Origin: Eledone cirrhosa
Lineage: Eukaryota
Assembly: GCA_964016885.1 (NCBI GenBank)
Contig: OZ024742.1
Span: 123,442,001 to 123,506,000, forward strand
DNA: 64,000 nt
Direction of reading: 5' to 3'
The notes below the pieces were generated by a model. That model was given only the letters and a program-made list of their open reading frames with translations, ran no database searches and was not told the origin of the DNA. This document shows positions 38,683-52,180 of this stretch, piece by piece. The translations under genes and the position numbers were made by a program. Within the stretch, counting starts at the first letter, position 1; each line of letters begins with the position of its first letter.

Positions 38683-39105
38683 CGTACGTGAAGGCAAATA
38701 CGATATATTTATGTATAATAAACATACATGGGTCTTGCTATGGTGGGTTTAAGCTGTGATCAAGTAATAGGTACCCCAATGGACGTGCGAGAACATCAAA
38801 CATGTATTTCTAGATTTTTAACCTTCATCTATAAGTTTACTTACTCGGTACTGAGATAAGAACAGGTTATAGCCTATATACATTTTTGCGTATGAAACGT
38901 CAGCTGGTGATGCTCATTTGCATATTGTGCGATCTTGACTAGAATTAATTTGAATAGTCCATAATAGATACGTATATGAAGGTATATACGATATGTTTAT
39001 GTATAATAAAAATGCAGGAATATGATTGATTTAAGCTGTGGCCATTCCAAAGATAGATCAGTAGCTGTGTGAGAACACCAGACACATATTTCTGGGATTT
39101 TATCC
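38683..39105 (+). repeat. Diverged local direct duplication (~135-bp units, ~288-bp period)
   Basis: cgta..tgaagg.a.atacgatat.tttatgtataataaa...tttaagctgtg...gagaaca.ca.aca..tatttct.g at 38683 and 38971. Confidence 0.75.
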
Positions 39106-39759
39106 ATCAGTGATGTTAAATCACAAGGTACTAGAGTAACAGTGTAGTGAATTTAACATCAAATATTATATTGAATTGGCAGAGCCGTTAGAACGTAGGC
39201 TAGAATGCTTTGTGGTATTCGTTCTTGCTCTTTGCTTTTTCAGTTCAAATTCATCCGAGTTAAGCTTTGCCTTCAGGCATTCCACGTCGTTAAAAGTACC
39301 AGCCAAGTACTGGTAATGATTCTTCCTCTGTATCTCGTTTTCAGTTCATTCTCTCACTCTCTATCCATCTCTGGCAAAAACCTGTTGAATATAGACCTTG
39401 AGAGGTGATGGGTTCCACCAGGTTTTAAAATGCCCAAGAAATGCCTCATGCAATACAGTGCTGCTGATACTCCACCAAGAGTTACGGAACCATACAGCCT
39501 TGTGTCATTATTACTCGACTGATACAATCGGACTTATTTGAATCGACTAGAGTGAATCTACATGCTAGGAATAGCAGCTAAATTTCTCTCAAATAATTTC
39601 CTACTGTCTAAAATAAGGAGCGACATCGATATACAAAACGACGGGATTACTATGGTTGACACACATTCGATCATAGATCTGTTTGATCATGGGGCTAAAC
39701 AACAACTCTGGATTATCGGGTATTTCAACTTCAGTCACATTATATTTCTGTTTAAGAAT

Positions 39760-39950
39760 GGCGGTGGATTGGGTGTATCAGTAGAGGGTCGGGCGCCATG
39801 CATTGACGCATAGAGTTACGGCCCTTGCCATTCTGAGCTCAAATCCCGCTGAGGTTAACTTTTCCTTTCATCCCTACGGGGTCGATAAAATAAAGTACCA
39901 GTAATGCACTGGGTAATTGCTGGCCTTGTGCCAAAAGTAGAAACAATTAT
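39760..39950 (+). mobile_element. OK-like tRNA-SINE, full length
   Basis: ggcggtggattgg...tcaaatcccgctgaggttaac...gtagaaacaatta. Confidence 0.9.
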
Positions 39951-41245
39951 ATTTCTGTTTAAGAACATGGAACTTAAAGCGGAATTTAAAGTCTCTATTG
40001 AGATTTTATTTTTATTTGCTTCGTCATCGAAAGGAACATAATACTGGTTAATTCCCTTTTGTATTTTATTTTTCTAATACTTTTGTCTCTCATTCAAAAA
40101 TGATCTCTATCCTTTGCTTCACTTCCGATTTTACATCCAGTTTCTTTTTTTTACTGTGCGTTTAGTATTCTCTATCTCTCTTTACATATCGATTTCTCTC
40201 CCGTTCTGTATTTATAGGTCTATATTCTCTTTTCCTCTTTTTTATGTATCTTTCCGTTTCTATTCTTATTCTCTTCACACATGTATCTGTTTCATCGCCC
40301 TCTCTACCTATACGTCTATCTGATTTTTTTACCCCGTCTTTACAAATAATTTTCCTCTCTTTGCATTATTCATTAGTCAACTTTTTTACTATTCATGCTT
40401 ATGGAAGTAGATTTAATCCACATGTCACTACAATAAACGAAACATAAGGGGCAGAATGCCCGAAGTCTCCACTGCCACAGGCTCAAACACCTTCTACTCT
40501 ACAAACTATTAACCCCCATTGTGTGCATGACTACATAATTCGAGGCAGATGACAGTAACATCATCAGTGTGCATGTCAAGAAAACTCAAAGCCAACACCA
40601 TTTTCAACTAGGGTTAGAAGAAACTATGTTATATACTAAGCAAGCAATTTTTATCATAGAAAATTGATGCAGCTCACTGCAATTTTTCTACTCAATTATC
40701 ATGAATTTCAACTTCTTGCAAGTATCTCCAATTACGCTGTTCTTTTGGACTACATGTTTTGTTTGTTTAGTAATTCCTTTTTGATATTATGAGTCGACTT
40801 GTTGTTGCACTTGACATTTGGTCCGGAATTATATTGGACAAACCCTTTGTTCACATTATAACAGCTGTTTATTGAAATACGAATGTTATTGAAACTGTGC
40901 GTTATGAAATATTTAAAAAAAAAAAAATAACAGTTGGGAATAAGACCTTCCGAAATAAATTTTGAAGGAAAGAATATTGTCAGTATCAATGATAAAAGGT
41001 CTGTAATTGAATGACTAAAGTTGCGTTCTAATGTTCTTTTGAAAACAGTAGTAAATATATTTGAAATAGTAAATAAATATAGGTAGGTGCTAGGTGTATA
41101 CACGAGTTCAGTTTTAAACACATTTTTATACTATTTGTGACAGAACAGACTTTGTGATTAGTAGATTGGCAGAATCATTACTATAACCCTCTTATATTCC
41201 CATGAAATAAAATACCTAGATATTAGTTCAATTGCTTGTAGTAAA

Positions 41246-41428
41246 TAATTGTTTCTACTTTTGGTACAAGGCCAGCAATTAACCAGTACATAACTGGTAC
41301 TTTATTTTATAGACCCCGTAAGGATAAAATGCAAAGTTAACCTCGGCGGGGTTTGAACTCAGATCGTAAAGGGACTAACTACGCTGGAAAGCATGTCCGA
41401 CCTTTCTACCAATACTGCCAATTCACCA
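41246..41428 (-). mobile_element. OK-like tRNA-SINE
   Basis: Reverse-colinear with 42888-43070. Confidence 0.9.
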
Positions 41429-41870
41429 ACAGACTCATGAACGCACTCTCCTCTCCCACCGAAATAATTAAGTAAGGATGGTGCCTAGATATTTAGTGCC
41501 CGAGACTAGACCTAAAATGTGAGCATCCCTGCTATGCAACTCATTCTCCAAAATGAAATAATTTCAGATTACAGTTTGGCGAGCTGACAAACCTAGTGTT
41601 TGGGATTTAGCTGAAAAATCTTTAATATATAGGTTTGCTGGTTGTAAAAAGGATCCTTAAAGAAGATTAAGTTATAAGGCTGCGTGTTAAGTTTCTTCAT
41701 GAGGAAATGATCAAATAGGAAAGCACAGCAAGGAAATAACAAGGATTTGTTTTTCTCCGTAAAATATTACAATAGACTGTTAGGCGGCATTGTGGCATAT
41801 ATCTAGGTAGGATGTTGCTGGGCTCTTACAGAGAGGGCCAAAGTTCCTTGGTAAATGTTTCATCTTGCCA

Positions 41871-41885
41871 GTTGCTCCAGGCAAC
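41871..41885. promoter_or_regulatory. RFX X-box-like palindrome in a CpG-rich unique segment (41780-42130)
   Basis: GTTGCTCCAGGCAAC resembles the GTTGCC-N-GGCAAC X-box. Confidence 0.3.
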
Positions 41886-42887
41886 GCCATTAGTAACGCC
41901 TTGTCTCCACGAAAATGAAGCTGCAACTGTTTAGAAGAGAAAAGAAAGGCGCGAAGCAACTGATGGGTGGAAGTCGACGTTTTGGTATTCATACACCGCC
42001 AAGCGACAAAGTACGACCCAATCATTTCGCCACGATATGCTAGTGTCATTGTTTGCTACAGGGACATTTATCATTTTGACATTTCTATCAGACGAACCCC
42101 TAACGACGACAAAAAGTTCGTTGTCAGCGGTTAATCATTTATTTTGAAGTTACTGCTTGTCTAGAAAGCACGTCTCTCTTTTTGTGCCCAGATAAGAAAT
42201 CATTATTAGCCATGAACCAAGGAGAAAGTCTTTATTTCTTTGCTCGCCCTGCTAAATATATTTGCCAAATGTTCCTTAAATAGCATTCTGCTCTATTAAA
42301 ATGTAGAGACAGCACCCGTAAAAAAAATTCTGGATGATCACATCTAGAAAACGTGTTATCTAAGGGCAAGGTTGAGACTCGGGTTCTTCGGGTTTATGCC
42401 CCTATAATACTTGTACGACCTTTTAATTACAACCAGTCCTTTGTATCCGATGTAAAATACTTTGACACGTATAAATTATGTATTGATTTAATACTGTAAA
42501 ACTTAATATAAAACGAAAATTTATTTAAAACGTTTATAAGTTTAAACAGATAATATCTTTATTCATTCGTTTAAAATAGAAACGTGTTTGTTAAGCGATA
42601 TATCATTTATACACTAGGTAAATATTCTTTTTGAATAGTTACCGGTGAACTTGTCATCTCGCGTGAAAAATAAATCAAATATGTAATACTGCTCAGCAAA
42701 ACCAATTCTTACGTTTATACAGATGCTGTTTATTTTGTGATAATTATTTTCTGTATGTAACACTTTAACTTTAGAAGGAAATCGAACACAAACTATATTA
42801 AACACATATTATTCGTAGGGCAAGTGTCTGATAATCTATGGAACCAAATTAAAGACATAATCTTTTATAAACACAGCGTATTATTTC

Positions 42888-43070
42888 TGGATTGGCAGTA
42901 TCAGTAGAGGGTCGGACGCCATGCTTTCCAGCATAGTTACGTCCCTTTACGATCTGAGTTCAAATCCCGCCGAGGTTGACTTTGCCTTTCATCCTTACGG
43001 GGTCGATAAAATAAAGTACCAGTAATGCACTGGGTAATTGCTGGCCTTGTGCCTAAAGTAGAGACAATTA
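42888..43070 (+). mobile_element. OK-like tRNA-SINE (young, CpGs retained)
   Basis: Colinear with the other copies. Confidence 0.9.
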
Positions 43071-44679
43071 TTTCTATTGATCGTAAAACAAGTTATTTGG
43101 TAGGGTAGTAAATACAGTTCCTTCACCGAGACTGAGAGTTCATGTCCAGTCATATGCAGCAAGCTTGATATAAAAATAAATTAACCTAGCTTATTAAGAC
43201 TTGTTAAAGATTTACCAACGTAGTCGTATTGTAGAGAATATAATAGAGGGATTATGTCTTTGATTGTGTTCCATAGATAAGATTCTTTTTTTGTTTTTTC
43301 GCTTGACTTTCTAGCGTTGTCCAGCTCGCTTTCCGAGGTGTCACATGATGCCAGTGGGATGCTTGTTCCTCCTGCAGTAATGCTGCGAGCGTTTTGGCTT
43401 GACTCAAAAAGTATTAGAGGGAGGCTCCAGCACCTCTTGTGGTTCGTGACCGATTGACTTACTCAGAGTTGAATTATTTTCTTTCGTTTTGATTCTATAT
43501 TTTTATGTAAAGTATTGTAATTGCATGTATATTTTCAGTTTTATATTAAAGTATGCTGGGTTTTGCTTTTAATGAAAATATGAAAGTTTTCGTTATGACG
43601 ATTAGGTAATTCATTTATTAAAAAAAAAGGGATAATTCCCAAGTCAGAAAAGGCAAATAATATAGTTTTCAGATATGTTCTTTCCTAATATAGCACCTTC
43701 AGTACCGTCTAGGTAGACATTAGAATACCTTTAGTTATATACTCTTGTTCCTCGATTTCCACTTGTATTCTCTTTACCAAACCTGTCTCTTAGGATTTAT
43801 GGCTTTATGTACCAGAATATTCTATGATCCTGTCATGTTCTGTCTAATTCCTTGTTTTTATATATTTCCCCTGGTAATTCTTTGAACTTATATAGAGACA
43901 AGGTATCTTTAAAATTCTCAACTGCTCTTCTTTAGATTGTCTTGTGTTTGTGGGTTTATCTGAAAATATTCTTCATATTATGTAGGCTCAAGTTATGTTT
44001 CAACTTCTCAATATCCCTTCTTTAGATTATCTCCAAATATTTCCCATGTCAGAAAATTATCCTTTTAAAATATGTGAGGAAATGGTATGATTTACTGAAG
44101 ATTTGAAAAATGACTGCATTTTGAAAGAAAATTTAGTATATGAAGAAAGAAATGTTTTAATGTGAATTCATATAAAACTGGAAATGGAATATCAGAATTT
44201 TATAAAATATTTTTACTAAATTTCTATTTATTTAGAACAAAAAAGTAATAAAAATTAGGCTTTATATAATAAGAAATATATTAATAATTTCATATTTAAT
44301 ATTTATCTTGAAAGTAAGTTGTACTTTTAGATATTAGTAATTTTCATTAATTCCGTTATCGCAGTCATATTGTATCCTTAATTTTCAACCTATCATCATT
44401 CTTTCTCTATCCCTTTATTCTTTAATTTGCTTATTTCTATCATTGAATTCCTTTGTCTATTTATTACGCTTTTCATTTGTCCTATATTTCTATTTACTCA
44501 TTCAATGTTTCTATGAAGGTGTGTGTGTATGTATGTATATATTTGTATATATATATGAATAATGTAGTGAATATCTTAAAACATTTTTTATCCAAAGCTG
44601 GCAGAGCACACACACACTATGTAGTCCTCAAATTACTTACCCCACAGCACCAAGAGACAACAGACGCTGGCCAACTGCA

Positions 44680-44960
44680 CAACGATAACACAGACATACG
44701 CTATCAAGTATACAGAGTCCAGTGTGATAAATGTGACAACTTCTATATAGATAGCACCACCAGGCACCTACACATCAGGATTAAAGAACACATTAATACT
44801 AACGCTTCTTCATTCAAGACACACTTAGAGAAATGCAAAAACACCTCACACACAAACAATTATAAGACAATGTTGAAACAAAAAAAGAAATCTCGGAATT
44901 AAGGAAGCATTAATCATAGCCAGCAATCGCACGATGGCAAATCAATAATAAACCAGAACT
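44680..44960 (+). pseudogene. Penelope-like element GIY-YIG endonuclease relic
   Basis: YQVYRVQCDKCDNFYIDSTTRHLHIRIKEH...FKTHLEKC, then a frameshifted KEALII. This matches the PLE VY..CxxC..YIG.T.R.L..RI.EH pattern, with G->D in YIG. Confidence 0.85.
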
Positions 44961-45559
44961 AAGCACACAAAACCCAACTGAGAAGGTCACTGGACTCTAC
45001 CAATAAGGGCATACATAGGTCCACTTACGAGCACATTATCCTTCTGGGAGAAATCGTGTATATGCATTCATGTGTTTATATATTTGCGTGCGTGCTTGAA
45101 AACACACACACATGTATGTGTGTATCAGCGCGTATTAATATATATGCGTCTAAGCTGATTTAAAGGGAAACAACTCTGTGCCCTTTGACCTGCCTGACCG
45201 TATTTTTAACACAAAAGAGGTTAGAAAAAATAAGTAATAAAACCACTTCCAACCAGCATGGTATAGCAAGCCCTATCTGATATTGGAATAGTTCCTTTAT
45301 TTTCCTCGGAACAAGAGATATTAACGTCGAAATATCAGAACATATGAATAAATTAAGTTAAAAGACAAGCCTTGTTTCTTACGATTTAATTATTCTCTGT
45401 CCAAACTTACATTGTCGTGACTTTCAAACTTCGAATTCTTTATATATATACATCATCATCATCATCATCTGTAACGTCAATCTTCCACGATAGCTTGGGT
45501 TTATATATATATATATATATACATCATCATCTGTTAACGTCAATCTTCCCCGATAGCTT

Positions 45560-45636
<77 letters not shown>

Positions 45637-46407
45637 CACACACATACATACGTCATTGTTTAACTTCTGCTTTCCCTGCTAACAAGGGTTGGACGGGTCT
45701 ACAAAGATCAAGTAAGTACTGAAGACATTATTGACCTCCCGAACAGGCTGAGGTGATGGTGGTTGGCATCTCCCTTATATTTGTTTATATATCTCCCAAT
45801 TATTTGTTTGGCAATCATTCTATGGCTGTATGCTCTTCCTATCACCAACTATTTTACAGCATGTACAGGGTAGCATTTTTGCGTGTGTGCGTATATATAT
45901 ATAAACACACACATTAATCACACACACACACACATATATTTATATATATATATATATGCACCCATGTAGACTGATCTAATATCAAAGAAAAATAACACTC
46001 CACTGACATAACTCAAGTCACATATCTAACACTTTTTCCATATATTGTTTATCTGCTTTTAAGTGAACCTTTCAAGTCTTTACAAGCAACTTGTCTGCTT
46101 CACACATGATATGCCAATCACTTAGCACTAACAGAATTGCAACTTATAATAGCAACCTGCCACACTTTGATGCAATAGTTCTGATGAGAATTAATTTTGA
46201 GAATGTGAGGAAATAAATTGACAAATATTTGAGGAATGATATTAAACTCTGTACTCCTTTAAATATTAATTTGTGATTGGGTGAAATACAAGTAAACCAC
46301 CAATTGTACCTAAACCAAATATTAAATGTTCAAAACAAACATTTAAGTAGCAGTTGCAGTAATACTAATACAGTTTGGAGCAGAACAGGGGTATATATGG
46401 AGACATA

Positions 46408-46620
46408 TGATTTCTTATACAGGCACAAGGCCAGCAATTTTGGGGGAAGAGAAAGTCGATTAAATCGACCCCAGTGCATGGCTGGCACTCTGTTTTATCT
46501 ACCCCATAAGGATGAAAGGCAAAGTTAACCTCAGTGGGATTTGAACTCAGATCATAAAAGACTGTAACTTCATGCAGCAAAGCATGGCTCCGACCCTCTA
46601 CCAATACTGCCAATCCACCA
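46408..46620 (-). mobile_element. OK-like tRNA-SINE, long-tail variant
   Basis: Contains the extra gtcgatttaatcgac hairpin also seen at 33850. Confidence 0.85.
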
Positions 46621-47558
46621 CATATGCAATATGTTTATGTACTCTATATATACAGAAGTCATACTCTATTCAAAGTTTAACTATTTCATCATGATATTTT
46701 TGAAGAAAGGCTGCCAATAATTTCCAGAGCATTTTGAAAAATAATCAGAGGGATTTAGTTATATAACTAAATTGTGTATTAAGCTCGTGTTTGGGCATAA
46801 CTTGGTTTTGTACAGAAAATTATGATGGAAGGTTTTTAAAATAAATTTCTTTCATCATAGAAACATGGGTGATTTAGTATTATCATAGAAACATGGGAGA
46901 TTTATGTATGCTTATTGCACATATATGTCAGGTCCTTCTGTCTGTTACTGGTACCATGTATCCCAGTACAACCTGTTTCATGAAGGAGTGGTTGGGAAGT
47001 AAACCAACTCTTCCACTAGACCCTCGTCTGGTTAGGAGGGACAGTGGAACTCCAACAACACAAAATACAGGCTGTTAAAAGGGCGGATGAGCTCCTCAGA
47101 GTCAATGGCCATCCACTTTAACCTCAGGTTAAATAGCCTCATCAACCTGCAATTGGCTACACACCTGACATAACCAAAACCAACAAGAGTGAGAAGGCCC
47201 TGGATTTGATTGGATTGTACATAAACATATTGTATATGCTTCCCTATATGCCTCTATTTTGAAATAAACATTCAAACATATTCTGTGAAAAAAGACAAAC
47301 TAACTTTCGCCCAGGAAGTTATGTTATGGAGTTTTGGTTCTAGCATTTATGTTTTCCTTTTTCTTGTTGTTTGCACCAGCATAATGATTAATATTATGCT
47401 TATTAAAAAATGTGCAAGCATAGCTGTATGGTTAACTTCTCTTTGCAGCCATAGGGTTTTAGGTTCAAGATAACTGTATAACAAATTTCTTGTTAGTGAC
47501 TTTGGTTGATGGAAACTGAAGAATCCTATCATGTGTGTGTATAAATATATATATATAT

Positions 47559-48481
47559 AACTACCACCAAACTCTGGGAGGGCTCTGTAGAAACAGTAGA
47601 CAGATTCTGCTACCTAGGTGACCAAATTAGCAGTGGAGGTGGGTGTTCGGGAAGTACAATAACGGGTTAGAACGGGATGGAATAAGTTCAGGGAGCTACT
47701 GCCACTGCTAGCCGCAAAAGGCTTTTACCTCAAAATGAAAGGCAGACTGTATGATGCGTGTATACGAACAGAAATGTTACATGGTAGTGAGACCTGGGCG
47801 CTGACTGTGGAAGACTTGTGTAGATTAGAAAGAAACGAAGCCTGCATGCTCCGATGGATGTGTAATAGTAACATACCCGAACGGCAAAGCATAAACAAAT
47901 TGAGAGAGAGACTAAGCATAAGAAGAATCAAATGCTGTGTGCAAGAGAGGCGGTTGCGTTGGTATGGACATGTGATGCGAATGAAGGATGCAAGCTGCAT
48001 AAAAAGGTGCAGAGCACTAGAAGTCGATAGAAACCGCAGAGTGGGGAGACCCAAGAAGACCTGGGATGAGGTGAAAAAAGCCGACCTTACCCAATTACAC
48101 CACTCAAAGGCGATGACACATGACCCTGACCTCTGGTGTCCCGCAGTAAAACAGAAGACCCGAACCCCCACGGATACAAGCCGACGCTAAAGCATATAGA
48201 AAATATGCCCCCACATCCTCCCACTGAAAAGTGGTCATGGAGGTGCCACGGCAAAAAAGCACCCAGTAAAGTGGACATGTCGGTGCCACGGAGAAAAGCA
48301 CCCAGCACTCACTGTAAATGAGGTTGGTGTTAGGAAGGGAATCCAGCTGTAGAAATCAAGCCAGAATCAGTTCCCATATGAGCAAGGCATAGTCAGCCGA
48401 CCAGCTACTGCCTGCAATAGGACAACCCGTCTAACCGATGCTAGCGTGGAAGAACGGACGTAAAACGGTGATGATGATGAT
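47559..48481 (+). mobile_element. 5'-truncated RTE LINE (subfamily A)
   Basis: Highly similar to 547-1478; starts after (TA)n; contains a stop/frameshift. Confidence 0.95.
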
Positions 48482-48659
48482 ATATATCACCATCATTGCT
48501 TATTAATATCTATTTTCTATGCCTACATGGCTGGCATATAAGTCCTGACCAGTCAGGTAAACATATCGTGACCATATGCTCTGTTTTTAACTTGGTTTTC
48601 TACTGTTAGATAACTTTCCTAATGCCAGCCACCTTATGTGTTTTTCCATGGGACACTGT

Positions 48660-48876
48660 TTAACCCTTTACCATTTAAACCGGCTGTATCCGGTCAGAGT
48701 TCTCTCACCTCTTTCTGTTCAAACTGGCCTTTACCAGCTGTTCATACTGATGTTAAGTTATTGTTCTTAAAAAAAAATTATCAAAATCTCATAGCTTCAA
48801 TATTATGTGGGGTAAAGACTTTACCTCAAAAATACAGTAGTATATATATAGAGTAATGTAAATGCTAATGGGTTAA
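48660..48876 (+). mobile_element. piggyBac-like MITE
   Basis: TTAA|CCCTTTACCATTTA ... TAAATGCTAATGGG|TTAA: TTAA target duplication with CCC/GGG termini. Confidence 0.8.
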
Positions 48877-48959
48877 AGTAAGCAGGAACTTTTATTTGCT
48901 GCCAAATCAATATATTCTGCTGCTTATGTTTCAATGAAAGTCATTGGTATATTCTATAT

Positions 48960-49186
48960 TTAACCCTTTAGCATTCACATTACTCTATAAATACTATTAT
49001 ATTTTCATGGTAAAGGCTTTACTTCACATAATATCTCAAATAATATCAAATCTATGAGATTTTGAAAGTATTTATTTTCAGAATAATACCTTAACATCAG
49101 TTTTAGCGAGTAGTTACAGCCAGTTTCAACAGAAACAGGTAGAGAATTCTGGCCAGTTTTGGCTGGTTTGAACATTAAAGGGTTAA
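48960..49186 (-). mobile_element. piggyBac-like MITE, inverted sister of 48660-48876
   Basis: TTAA|CCCTTTAGCATTCA ... TGAACATTAAAGGG|TTAA; body is reverse-similar to the first copy. Confidence 0.8.
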
Positions 49187-51409
49187 AAGTGAAATATGCA
49201 TTGGCATGAAGGACATGTGGCTGTTTAAAAATATGTGCCAGCATGGACAAATAAATGAATAGGTTATGTAGCCGGTAAAACCTAAAGGGACGTAACACAT
49301 TGCTATAGCGTTTCACCAGCACTTTCATTCTGTTGTCTGTATCTATCTGTTTATGTATTTATCTGCTTATGTGTAGATGTGTGTGTATGTAACTTGTTTT
49401 TTAACAATTGATGGTGGAAAAGATTTCTAATTATCTTAACAGTTGTCTTAACTCGGGTCGCAACTCATGGTATCTGACACTCTTACCGGCTGCATAGCCT
49501 CTTTCAAAAATGAACTTAGAAGTAATGATGAATATTAATCATTGGTATATATGCATTGATATGCATTTTTGTCTACACGTATGTATTTTTCTATTGCATC
49601 AACATTTTTATTGTTATAGTGAATCCATCCTATTATGAATGTCTGTGATAAATGGAGTACTGAATTTTGCTTGACATTAGATAGGTTGCTTTTATAGTCT
49701 TAAGATCCTTCCCATTGTTCATTGGTTTAGTCATTTACCTTGCGAGATTGCTTTTGTTATGACCCTAGGAATGAGATCAGTCAACTATATAAGTAGTAGG
49801 ATGCTGTATGATAGTGTAACATAGGTAGTTAATGTACAAGACTGCATTCATTGGAAATAGACAGGTTGAAAGTGGTCTCTGGAATAGTCAATGTTAACTC
49901 ACAAGATAAATTGAGTGCAAGTGATTTTAGTAAATGGCCTTGGGTCATATACATTAGCTGATGTACACTAGAGTGACAGCTACACTGGTCAAAAATATAG
50001 TGCTTGATAGATAAAATTACTGTGAGATGATGCTTGAACAAAGGAATGCAGTACAAACATACTGTCCTTTTAAACCTATCTAACTTATAACTTTAAAAGG
50101 ATGATGATGATAAATTATATTGTTAAATACGTTTTAGAAATTCATGAGTCTATAGGCATCCTCTGACACCTTCCTTCATACTTATTAATGTCCTCTGTGG
50201 TTACATATAGTTTGCTTTCTATTAGAAAAAATATTGTGCTGTGTTTTTGACACAGTTAATTTTACTGCTTCTTGGAATGGGATTTTCACAAAACCCCTTT
50301 AGGACATCCATTTATCAAGTTTTAGTAGAGCATTTGTCACCTTGCTTTAAACATAACTACTAAATATTGATTTTTCATTTTTATTTTTAAACTGCTCTCC
50401 AGTATCAGAGCTTTCCATTTTTTGCGGAATACTAAACTAATGCTATTGTTTACTGGCTGCAACATAGTCAATATATATGCTGTGTATAGTGACTAGTTTA
50501 TAGTGACAAGTAACTCTAATAAATTGGATTTCTCCTAGTTGTCTTGCATTGTTCTATATACATTTCACAAATATTTGGCTTTGTGGGGCTTCTTTCATTT
50601 TGTTTCAGATATTTATTGCTTCTTAAATAACTGTTATGGTTAATACCATCAATCTTTTCTTTTCATATATCAAATTATCATTAAGCTAAACATGTGTTAT
50701 TTCTATCAAAATGAATTAACAGTATATAAATATATAATTTCAAAGGTCAACAGGATTTAGAGGTAATTGTGATCTTTTCTTTTTTTTTGCAGGGTTTGGA
50801 GGTCATAACTTTATTTGTTTATAACTATTATGTATCTCATTCTAATCTTTCCAAATTTTATCAACATATAATGTTTATCTAGTTTAGAATAGGTCCATCA
50901 TATCCCTGCATGTTGTAAACATGTTTAAGATTGTTGGTGTCTGGAAGGGCATCCAACTGTAAAACATTTCCTCAAATAATCCCCTCTGACCCATGCCAGC
51001 ATGGATAAATTGAGGTAAAAATGATTATATAATCTGGTTTAGTGTATGAAAATTACTTAAAATTGTAGTTACTGTTAAAACATCAGTTAAATTGATTATA
51101 CAACCACCTTTTCAAAAGTTGTCTTTCTATATTCATAGAAAAAGTATTTTACACCATTCTTACTATGGCATTATTCTTTGCTCATCACAGTTTATTTGTA
51201 TTCACAGCCTACTTAAAAGTATAGATTGGCACCAGAAAGGGCAGCCAAGTATAGAAAAAATACCTTTAAAATTTGAATCCAATCCAGAATAGCATGTGGA
51301 AGCTAATGAAGATGATAACCATGAGTGAAAAAAACCAACTAATTTGGTAAGACTAAAGGTAAAAAGACCTGATTATTTGTGTTCAGATAAATGGTGCTAA
51401 ATCGAAGAA

Positions 51410-52180
51410 GGTGAACTTGGACTTGATAGGGTTTATGTCGTGTGCTGTATGGCTGGAATGAAAATAAATGCTGTGAAAACTGAGACACTTGTCCTCTCAA
51501 GGAAGTTAGTGCAGTGCACTCTACATGTCAATGGAGTTCCACTGAAGCAGGTAGAGAAGTTCAAGTATGTCAGGACTGTGTTCATGAGTGATGGGAGAAG
51601 GCAGGAGGCTGAATTAAATGCAAGAATTGCAGGAGCTGGTGCACTCATGCACCAGCCTTAGTATTCAGCGATCAGAAAAAGCGAGTTACGTATAAAAGCC
51701 AAACTCGCTATCTTCAATTCAGTATTTGTGCCAACCCTTACTTATGGTCATGAACCATGAGTAATGACTCAAGGAATACGATTGTTAATACAATGTGTGG
51801 CTGAAATAAGGTTCCTGTGTAGGTTTTATTTAGTAATATTACTTGATAGAGTGTGTAGCTTGGAGATCAGAGCGTTGCTTCAGGTAAAGCCACTACTTCT
51901 CAGCATTGAGAGATCACAGCTCTGGTACTATGGGTATGTGGTTAGAATGTCTCTGGAAAGAATTGCTGGACAGATTTTACGGGTAAAACCAACTGGCAGG
52001 AGACCCAGGAGTAGACCCTGAGCATAATATTTGGATAACATCAATGAGCTTGGATTGTCTCACCTCTGGATTCAGCCACTTCAGTTGGAATGGTTGCTTC
52101 TGACAGGACCTGCTGGAAGGAGTGTTTGAGGACTCTATCCCCATAACCTTCCCTGGAATAAGTGGGTGAAGAACAAGAAG
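51410..52180 (+). mobile_element. Expander/Rex3-like RTE LINE 3' part (no PHD insertion)
   Basis: GMKINAVKTETLVL..LKQVEKFKY..SDGR..ELNARI..KAKLAIFNSVFVPTLTYGHE..IERSQLWYYGYVVRM..PTGRRPRSRP, with stops. Confidence 0.85.

Noticed and set aside
38894-38905. GAAACGTC hammerhead-like 3' half
   Set aside because: No upstream CTGANGA.
45440-45570. Short direct duplication (also 12630-12730)
   Set aside because: Slippage-type duplication of a short segment (here a LINE tail fragment) inside (TA)n; unremarkable.
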